In this document: positions 19,840-29,200 of the stretch, piece after piece | How the letters are laid out: each line of letters opens with the position of its first letter | Position numbering within the stretch: position 1 is the first letter of the stretch | DNA from: a virus | Virus record (IMG/VR): IMGVR_UViG_3300035670_000065 | Coordinates: 32,001-96,000 of that record | Length of the DNA stretch: 64,000 bases | Strand: one strand, 5' to 3' | The notes under the pieces: model-generated | The model's database searches: none | The model's input: only the letters and a program-made list of their open reading frames with translations | Told to the model about the DNA's origin: nothing | Position numbers and translations under genes: made by a program

Positions 19840-21702
19840 TTAACCACATAAATAAATACAACCTATCATCTTAACTTCAGTGGGAGAACTAAATACTAAG
19901 TTCTCTCGTGCTTTTGCCACTGTGTATCCTCGAACAATATCATCAGACTGTTTCATACCTTTTCCAGGTATTGAGGATGCAGTAATTAAATCACCTATTT
20001 CAATATTACCGTTTTCCCCACATACATTAACCTGTCCTTCTCCCAAAGCATTTATAGCCACTAAGCTATAGTTATTTTTAATAGTATCATATTCCGGAAT
20101 GGGGGTAGGTGCATCTGTGTAGTCTGACTTTATGATGTTAGTAAATACAGCAGGAGTGTACCCAGTAGCTAGTAACTTAGGTATGCTAGCAATAACTCCT
20201 ACGGTACCTTTCTGATTTGGGGATGTAGTTAGTGTTACGCGACATATAATATTTGAAACACCTTTTTTATACACTACTTCAGAGTCTACTACAATATCCC
20301 CTGTTTCTACAATATCAGATAATGCTAGTAGGGCATCGTGCGCTCCAGTAAATGGTCCATAGTTAGTACCACCACCCTCAGCATAAAAATCAAAACCATT
20401 AGCAGCACCTATTAGACCACCTGTAGACGTTCCACCGTACCTCGTACCTCTAATAGCATGTGCGCTTGCCCCTGCATTATTGGAGGTACCTAATATAGCT
20501 ACATCATTTCCATTATTATCCCCTTTGATGCCAATGGCTCCCGAGGAGTACCCATACACACCAAAAGAGCTGCCTGTGCCATATACACCGTAAGATCCTC
20601 CTGCCCCATAGAGCCCATAGGAGGAGGCGTAGCCGTAGACCCCATAAGTACCTGTAGCTACGTTAGCATAGCTACCGGATGAACCAGTAAAATTACCTGC
20701 AGTACTACTAGTATTATATCCAATTACTGGAGCTACTGAACCACTCCAGCCTAGCGCAGCGTATGCTCCAGCAAAGGAGAGACTTTCTACATACATTCCT
20801 TTTACGGTTGCCTGTAGATTAGTACCATCCCAACGTAGATAGTTAGTAGAACTTCCTATAGAGAACTTGTACGCTCCGCCACTATACCCTAGATAGTATC
20901 CCGTTCCAGTAGCATAATCTGTCTGGCCCCCCTTCATGTGTCCAGAAGTACCTACAGTTAGAGCACCTGAAACATTTAAAGCTCCAGTATCTACAGTAAG
21001 AGCGCTTAAAGCACCTACCTTAAAAGTTGCTAGGTAAGAGGGGCTTACCCAAGTATATGATCCGGAAAGTACAGTTCCATCAGCTATGAATAGCCATTCA
21101 CTGCTGGATAGGGCTCCTGAAGGTGGTAAAGTATACCAAGTTGTATACCCTGTAGCATTTCCTGCTGTAGGAGCACCTATAGGTACTGCTGGTGCGGCGG
21201 GTAAAGAACCACCACTTTGTATTTTGTAAGCTTTTACGGCTGTTGCACCTGTAGCTCCAGCGGTCCCTGTAGGGCCTGTGGGCCCTTGAACTCCTGTAGG
21301 ACCAGTATTACCAGTCTCGCTGTAAGGTACAAACATAGTACCGAATGAACTGAGTATACCTGTCTGTGCCGCAGTAGCTTTATAGTGAACTACAGCACCA
21401 CTACCCTTCTGAGTAAGATAAGTAGCCGAAGATATAACTGCGGTTGCTACAGCGGTCCCAGTGCTAGTAGATATCTGAGTATACGTTCCCTCGGACCCAG
21501 TAGGGCTATAGTAAAACGTAATCAGTGGTGAAGTCATACCAGTGACTGTAGCCGTAAGTGTAATGTTAGCTGGAGTATATCCACCACCATCAGCTAGCTT
21601 AGTCATAGTACCGGAACTAGATGTTAAGGCTACAGCGCTACTTGCTAACCTGTTAGCCGCTGCGTGCAACTTTAGGTCTCTATCGTTAACAATGGTTGCC
21701 AT
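19840..21702 (-). CDS. Central fibre/appendage with collagen repeat and C-terminal intramolecular chaperone (peptidase G2-like) domain
   Basis: GPTGVQGPTGPTG; FTGAHD...GEGQVNVCGENGNIEIGDLITASSIPGKGMKQ. Confidence 0.65.
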   Translation of the reverse strand: MATIVNDRDLKLHAAANRLASSAVALTSSSGTMTKLADGGGYTPANITLTATVTGMTSPLITFYYSPTGSEGTYTQISTSTGTAVATAVISSATYLTQKGSGAVVHYKATAAQTGILSSFGTMFVPYSETGNTGPTGVQGPTGPTGTAGATGATAVKAYKIQSGGSLPAAPAVPIGAPTAGNATGYTTWYTLPPSGALSSSEWLFIADGTVLSGSYTWVSPSYLATFKVGALSALTVDTGALNVSGALTVGTSGHMKGGQTDYATGTGYYLGYSGGAYKFSIGSSTNYLRWDGTNLQATVKGMYVESLSFAGAYAALGWSGSVAPVIGYNTSSTAGNFTGSSGSYANVATGTYGVYGYASSYGLYGAGGSYGVYGTGSSFGVYGYSSGAIGIKGDNNGNDVAILGTSNNAGASAHAIRGTRYGGTSTGGLIGAANGFDFYAEGGGTNYGPFTGAHDALLALSDIVETGDIVVDSEVVYKKGVSNIICRVTLTTSPNQKGTVGVIASIPKLLATGYTPAVFTNIIKSDYTDAPTPIPEYDTIKNNYSLVAINALGEGQVNVCGENGNIEIGDLITASSIPGKGMKQSDDIVRGYTVAKARENLVFSSPTEVKMIGCIYLCG

Positions 21703-23279
21703 TATACAAGTACCTCTACGTCTATTGTGCTATCTAACCAACTAGGTGCTAAACTAATAACTTGCCCTGTAAGTCCATTGGTAAGTCCGAATCTAGGATA
21801 CTTCAAGCTAACTTGTTGACCTAATTTTAAGCCTAGTAACTTAGAAGTACCAGTTAGGGAGTATACGTTGTGCTGCTGCCTATAGTACGTCATTATTCTA
21901 TCAGCTTCTGCAGTAGCATCCGTACCTTTTACTAGCAAAGTATTCTTTTGCTCAGGGTCTATATTTAAGCCATATAGTGCTTTTACGCCTGTGCCATCCG
22001 TTGCAGTTTTTGTTAAGTATTCTGTTGCGTAATCTGTTTTGTGATCCTCAGGAATTGCTGTTAGTAGATCACTTTGCACTGTCCAGTTCTTACAGTACCC
22101 AATTGTGCATGTGGCACGAACTGGTACACGTTGGGATAAGTTAAAGGATCCTTGAATTATATCATTATCAGTTATTTCTGTAATATCTGAATTGACAAAC
22201 GGTACACCATACTTAAGAAGCTGTAACTTACCTTCCTTAGACATTACCAATTGCGCGCCTACGCTGGCCGCTAGTTCTGAACAGATTGAAAAGACTGATT
22301 CTGACCCAGTAACTTGAACGCCGGTTGGTTGAGTATTAGCCGTTGAAAATGCTAAAAGGTTTGGCAGATCTAAATCTGAGGCTGTAAACCTTTGGTAAGA
22401 GTTGCCGTACTCTTTAACTAATAACGCAATTATTTGTGCAATATTATTAGAGTATGTACTATCCGTAGCACCAGTAGTTAAGTTAATTGACTTCTGTACT
22501 CCTTGAACCGACATTGTAATAGTGCCTGCTGGAGTATATGCCAACTTAAACTTACCACTAGGGGCTGTATAAGTAATACCTGATAGTAGGTCTCCGGGCC
22601 CGTCTTTATCTGTATAAAGTGGAACTCCATTATCTCTAACTTCTATAATACGTTCTGAGTTATCTCTACAGAACATATACTCTAGCTGAGCTGGATCTAC
22701 GTATAGAGGTTCTATATTATGAACTTCTCCAAATACTAAAGGTTTAATAGTATCTTGATTAGTTTGTCCGTCTGCCCAGGTTCCATAAGTACCTAACTTA
22801 TCTTCAGTTATAGGGGAATTTAGTTTCTGTAGTTTATCAATAAAACGAATATTTAATAAGCTACGTTTCTTTGAGTCTATATCAGCAATAATACCGCTAA
22901 ATATTAGTTTGAACTTTGTTTTAAAATCTGCTAAATCTGTGGAGACCCAGAAAGGGTCTCCCAAATATATATTAATGGATTTATTAACCCATAGGTACTT
23001 TGTATTATCTAACCAATCATCCAATTCTCCATTAGGGTTTAGGATCTCTACATCTCCATAGGACAGCGACGAATCGCTGTCCGATATGGATTCTGAAAAC
23101 TTAATCCTATTTCCTAGAACTGGATTAAAACTAACTAGAGAGTCTTCCGTTAGGTAACCAGTGGATGAAAGATACAACGTTTCGCTAGCCCATCCGCCAC
23201 TGTACTTTGAGATAACTACCTCAATAAATAAAGCTTTTATTGCTTTAGGGTCTTCCAACCACGATTGTGAATAAGACAT
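21702..23279 (-). CDS. Baseplate hub / tail tip protein
   Basis: 525 aa, directly after the TMP; KPLVFGEVHNIEP, VRDNGVP, GY..NWTVQ, YPRFGL. Confidence 0.65.
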   Translation of the reverse strand: MSYSQSWLEDPKAIKALFIEVVISKYSGGWASETLYLSSTGYLTEDSLVSFNPVLGNRIKFSESISDSDSSLSYGDVEILNPNGELDDWLDNTKYLWVNKSINIYLGDPFWVSTDLADFKTKFKLIFSGIIADIDSKKRSLLNIRFIDKLQKLNSPITEDKLGTYGTWADGQTNQDTIKPLVFGEVHNIEPLYVDPAQLEYMFCRDNSERIIEVRDNGVPLYTDKDGPGDLLSGITYTAPSGKFKLAYTPAGTITMSVQGVQKSINLTTGATDSTYSNNIAQIIALLVKEYGNSYQRFTASDLDLPNLLAFSTANTQPTGVQVTGSESVFSICSELAASVGAQLVMSKEGKLQLLKYGVPFVNSDITEITDNDIIQGSFNLSQRVPVRATCTIGYCKNWTVQSDLLTAIPEDHKTDYATEYLTKTATDGTGVKALYGLNIDPEQKNTLLVKGTDATAEADRIMTYYRQQHNVYSLTGTSKLLGLKLGQQVSLKYPRFGLTNGLTGQVISLAPSWLDSTIDVEVLV

Positions 23280-26200
23280 TAAACCATCCTAACTTTTGAT
23301 CTATCGGCCCAAACTACCTCTGAAACTGCAGTATCTACAGCCTCTGCGACAGCCTCTGCCATTCTATTAGACGAATCATACGTTGAAGTTATTAGGCTTC
23401 CAGTATGCTTAATCTGCTCTTCTCTCATTCTCTTAACTTCTTCACGAAGATACTTAAGTTCCTGCAACAGTTCGGTATTGTTAGTAGATAACATTCCCAT
23501 AGTCTGTCCAGCTGGATAAACTCGTGCAGGTGTCGCGAAGTCGACCAACTCAGGACCCTCTTCACCCACTAGAGACATACCACTAGCTAGACCACCTCTG
23601 GCGTACTGTCTAAATACTTCACCATTCTGTGAGGCTGAATGGGCAAACACACCCTTAATATTAGATAGACCTACTGCTCCTGTCTGCAACTGGGTTAACC
23701 AATAATCATACCCGGCCTGTTCTGGTGCTCTACCTAGACCCTTATAGTATAGGTCGTTTACTATTTCTTTATAGGCTTCGTTGTTAAACGCCTTAGTAAT
23801 AGTAGTAGTATCTAAGGCACCTGAAGACAGCTGACCCATCCAGTAATCCATACCAGTGGATTCACCTTTACGCCCTAAGGTATCTTTATATAAGCCGCTA
23901 ACTAGATCGTTATAGATATTGGGCTGAGTGTATGATCCTCCTGCTGCTCCTGATCCAGCAGCTATTGCAGCTCCTAGGGTATTTTTAACAGCATCCATTG
24001 CAATACCTAATTGAGCTGTTAATTGTGCTGTTGTCTGAGTATTAGTAGCAATGATACCTAGAGCATCTAACTGCAGTTGCTCTACGTCTGCCTGTGCACT
24101 TAGAGAAATTGCCGTACTGTCTAGCATCTGTAGTACACTATTGAAGTCTTGTGTATACTGTGCTGAACTAGCAAATAGACCTCTTGAAGCTTCTAAGAAC
24201 TTATCACTAACTTCTGGTAGCTTGTCGATTGCTGCTTGTTGGGCAGTTTTCTCTGCTTCCGTTGATCCTCTTGTAAGGGCTGCAATTACTGTAGCTTCGT
24301 ACTGAGACTTAGCTTCGCCGTACTTTTGGGTCGGAGTTAGTGTAGAACTATCACTTAGCAGTAATGACTTCTTGTAGTCTCTTAGAGCTTTTACGTTATC
24401 TCTTAGAACTTTAACTGATTCAGTGTAGGTATCGTTTAGCTTTTCTTGAATCTCTTTCGCATCTTCTAAAGCGTATATATACTCTAGGATAGGTTTGAAC
24501 TGTTCGCTGGTTCCTGACAGTTCTTGCTCTCTGGAAATAGCGTTAGCCTGACTCTCTCTGCCTGTTAAGTTATATATGCGTTGCTCTAGGGTCAACTTCT
24601 GATTGTTTAGTGCGAGCTGTTGTTGAGCTACCAGAGCTTTTCTGAACGTACCTATTAGCTTCTCTGTTTCTGAAGTTAGTTGGCCGATATCCTCAAAGAA
24701 CTTGGTAAACGCGGCGGTCTGCTTATCTATATCTACTAAAGCTTTCTGAGCTGCGGTACTAGTTATCTCAAATATTCTATCAGTAATCTCTGTAACTTTA
24801 TTATCAGCTGCGCGCTTATTTTGAGCTTTGTATAGAGCTAGTTGAGCAGCCGCATAAGTTGAAGTTGAAGAGGTAACTTGTTCTAGCGTTGCTCCTACTT
24901 CTAGTAACTTCGCTGTGTAGTCCTCTACCTTATCATTAACTTCGGCTTGTTGTCTCTCCCAAGTTGATAGTCCTAGACGGGCTAACTCTCTCTCAGCTTT
25001 CTTTGTATCTTCAGCCAGCTGCTTTAGTATGTCGGCCAGTTTCTTGGCTGAATCTTCTGCGTCTTTTTTGGAGTCTTTTTCTGCGTCCTTACGTAGCTGA
25101 ATATCTCGTACGCCAAAATCTGGCATATCTATATTAAATCCACTACTTAAGCTTGCTATAAGATTTTTCCACTCAGGGCTACTTAATAAGGTTTTAAATA
25201 CCGTAGATAGCTTAGTAATTTGCTCTTGTGCAGTTGTAATCATACCTGCCACCGATATATTGGAAGCCAGTTTTACAACGCCCTCACCAATTACTACATT
25301 CTTCATTAGAGGAGTTACAACGGTATTCATAATGATGGAACCTACTTGACTAGCAAAAGTATTGGCTAATCCAATACTTAAACTATCTGCTAGATAAGTG
25401 CCTAATTCCTTACCTACATTTTTTCCATCCTTAAAGGAATCCATTATGTTATCTTGCATTCCACTTATTGAGATTCCGAAAAGTTCGGCCTTCTTAGCGC
25501 CATCTTCTAGTTTCCACAGGCTTTCATATGCTGCAATATTCGCTGAACTTAAGTCTTCTGTCGCTAGTATGTTAGCTCTTGTGCTAGTAGTTAGAGCCTC
25601 CTGAGCCTGGAACTGATCTAACATTCCTCCAGATACTTCCTGTATCGCCACATTAGTGTCAAACAGTAATTGTGCTCTAGCCTCTTCAGCGGATGCTACT
25701 GCCTCAAATGCGGGCATTACATCAAGTAGGGAGTTTAGTAGATCTATTCCGGCTTGTCCCGTTGTAGAAAGTGACTCAGATACCGTAGTAAATGCGCTCT
25801 TAAATTCTGCTTTAGTTTTAGGTACTTGTAATCCAAAGTCCTTTAATTGTTTACCAAGTCCAGGTATTGCGTCACCTAGAGCATTATCCTTACCACTAGC
25901 TGCTCTAGTATCTTGGAAGGTATTGAAGAGTCTGAATCTTACAGGGTCAAGTTTTTCAGTCTCAGTCAAGAAGTTGTCTGTATAGAACTCCATCTTTTCA
26001 GTGAAGGATTCTAACCCACCTGCTCCTTTAACTAGAGAATCTTGTAGCTTGATTACTTGATAAACAAAAGCTTCTGCGTCATTTGCACCGGTTCTAGTAG
26101 CGTCGGCGAGTTCTTTTTCAGCATCCGCTAATTCTTTAGCGGCACTCTGAACCTCCTTACTAGAGGACGTTAACATGTTATTTGCTAGTACTTCCTTATA

Positions 26201-29200
26201 CGCTTCTTTTTCCTTAGTTGTAGCAGCTCGGGTATTATATACTGGGTCGGAATCTGCACTTCCTTGACTGACAAGGTCCTTTACCAGATAAGAATCTACT
26301 TTATCTTTTATTATCCCATCTAGCTTTGATTTGGCTGAGGCTACTTTATCTTGAGCTAATCCTATAGAAGCACTATTGACAACCGGATTTGCAATAGTGG
26401 GGCCAAACTGAGGAGTCTTAGGATTTAGAAATCCCAGTACTCTTTCCCCTCTATTATATTTATCCAGTAACTCTTGGGAATCTAGGAAATTAATACCTGC
26501 TTGCTCGAAGGATAGTGTTACAGTACGTAGTTGGCCAGCTAATCTTATGAATGTTTCTCCGAGCCCCTCACCTACTTGTTGGAAGGCTTCAATCCACGGA
26601 GTGGCTTTAGTTATTAAGCTATCAAATGCCTTACTAAATACACCTTGTAGAGCATCTGCAATTTCATCCCCTTTTAGTCCCTGTAAAGAGACTCTTAGAT
26701 CAATAGGTACATCCTCTAAAGATTTCATTATAGGGTCAATAGCTTGGATAGTGTATCCTAGGGTACTGAGCCCTTCAGATATTGAGGTATCCATTTCCTT
26801 GAATACTAGGGATAACTGTTTAGGGACTTCCCCAGTTACCTTCTTAATATTTTCAGAGATGCTAGTACCACTGTCTGCTCCAAAACCTAAAAATCCCGAA
26901 TCTTGCCAATGTGTGGCTACTGTCTCGTACTCATTAACTATTGCAGTTACATTCTTAATTGCGGAACTGGTACCTTTAATTATTAGACCTTTATCTACAA
27001 TTTCTGTAGAACTAGAAGAGCTTCCAAATATTAAGCTGGCTAATCCACCTCCGCCTCCGCCACTCTTTCCTTCTACAGTTCCGAATGATGAAGTTTTACT
27101 TAGGATATTAGTACTTCTAGCAATTCCTCCTGCCATCTCTGCAATATTAACATCGACGCTTCTTAAGGCGCGTAGCATAGACTGGTTGTAATCTAGCATT
27201 TCAAAGCTATGTTCTGCTAGAATTTCAATACCTGAACGGATTGAGTCAGACTTGGCTGTAGAGTCACCTAGTACAGATCCTGTGCCTTGTTTTTCTTGTC
27301 TTTCTTCGGCGGTAATTCCGGTTGGGATGGATACTGAAGCACTACTACCACCACCTAGGCTAGACATAATTGCTAACATAGCGGCTACGGCCGCAAATCC
27401 TAGGGGTCCCATAGTACTAAACATGGAGGCTGCTCCGGCGGCTGTTTTTACAGGTATACTAGCAGCATGCGCTGCTGTTACAGCCCCTTCTACAGCTACT
27501 TCTGCAGTTCCTCCGGCTATTATAGCAGAAATTTTAGATCCTAATAAACTTATCTCTTTAGTAAATTCTACCACCATCATGGCCATTTTAGCCATATGCA
27601 TAGTTTTCTCTATACCATCAAGTACTTTGTAAGCTACTGTCTTTTCAGAGAACATCTTCTTGAAAGCGCCAGCACCTGTACCTATTACATCTAATTGGTT
27701 CTTTAGAGAGTCTTTTTGATACTTCTTCTCTATTTTAGCGTCGGCCTCATAGAACTCTTTAGTATCAGCTCCATACTCCTTCAATGCTTTTAATTTTTGA
27801 TCTATAAGATTTTTATCTAGGCCTTCTTGCTTAGAAGTAAAGTCCGTTAAAGCCTTAACGCCTTTAGACAGTCCATCAGCAATTGAATCCCCTACGTCGC
27901 CAAATACTGCAGACAGAGATCTACCGAATTCCTCTGTATCTTTTAGGAGTGCGGAAATTCCTGCCATTTCTTCTTTATACTTGGCTGCTGCATCTGCTCC
28001 GGCGTTGGTTGCGTCATTAACAGCAATAGTACTATCTCTTACAGCATTTTGTTGTAGTACTAGTGCAACAAGTAGGTCTACCTGTTTCTGTCTTGAAGCA
28101 TTTAAGTCATCTATTAGTGCAGTATTTGGTTCTGAACTGTCTTTGGCAGCCTGTATACTAGCATCAATATTGGATATTTTTCCTTGTACCCCTGTCTGTG
28201 CTTCTTTATCTGCTAAGGCTTGTTTTTCTAGTTCTAAGGCTTGTTTTCTTTGTGAGGCTTCTGCTTCAATTCTATTTAAGCTCTTTACATGCTCAAGTTC
28301 TGTTATAGCCCCCAATTCTTTTAGCCTATCTAGCTGGGAGGTTGCATTAGACTCTTGTGCTTGTGTTAGGTTCTCTAAGTTAGTCTTATCTTTTAGGCTA
28401 TTCTGATCTTTAATACTGGCTATTTTTGCTTCGTTAGTAAATGCTACTTCTGCGGCAGCACCTGCTTTCTCTATGTATGCAAATCTAGCCTGTTCAATTT
28501 TCTCATCAAATCCCTTATTACTCTGGGCCTTTAAACCTTCCTGCTGAGCTATAAGCTTTTTATTTCCTTTAGAACGACTTATTAGCTCTTCAAATTTTGC
28601 AGCTTCAGCGACCTGTTCAGTAGCTAACTTGCTAATCTCTAGGTCTCGTTGTTGGGCGTCTATAGCTAGTTTAGCCGAAATAGATTTATTAGCGTAAATA
28701 CCCTCTTCCTTAATAAGGAAGTCTAGTCTTTTTGCCTCATTATCTAGTTCTTCTTTCTTTAACGCTAAAGATTTTTGGGTCTGCTTTAGGGCCTCTGCTC
28801 GTATTTCTCTCTGATTAGTTAGGGAGGCTTCTTGAGACTTAAGAGCTGCTGCATACTTTTGCTCATCTCGAGCCATTAAAGCCCCTTGCGCTCCAGATAA
28901 GTTGTCGTCACCTTTTAAGCTTTTTCCATCTGCAGTGCCTGCTTGTACTGCTTTAAGCTTACCTTCTGAAACCTTTAGACTATCAATTAGATCTACTAGT
29001 TTTTTGGCCGTTGGATCTTCTTGACCAGGTTTTAAGGCATCTGGATTATCTTTAAGTTTTAGAGCAAGTTGGTTAACTGCAATTAATCTTTCATTTGATA
29101 ACTTTAGACCCTCTTGGGATAGTAATAATTTAAATCTGCTATCTATAGCCTGCTGCTCAATACCTATTTCTTGCTGTGCAATGGCCCCTCTGGCTTTAAC

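Noticed and set aside
14857-21702. Diversity-generating retroelement or invertible fibre cassette
   Set aside because: No reverse transcriptase or invertase and no template/variable repeat pair seen
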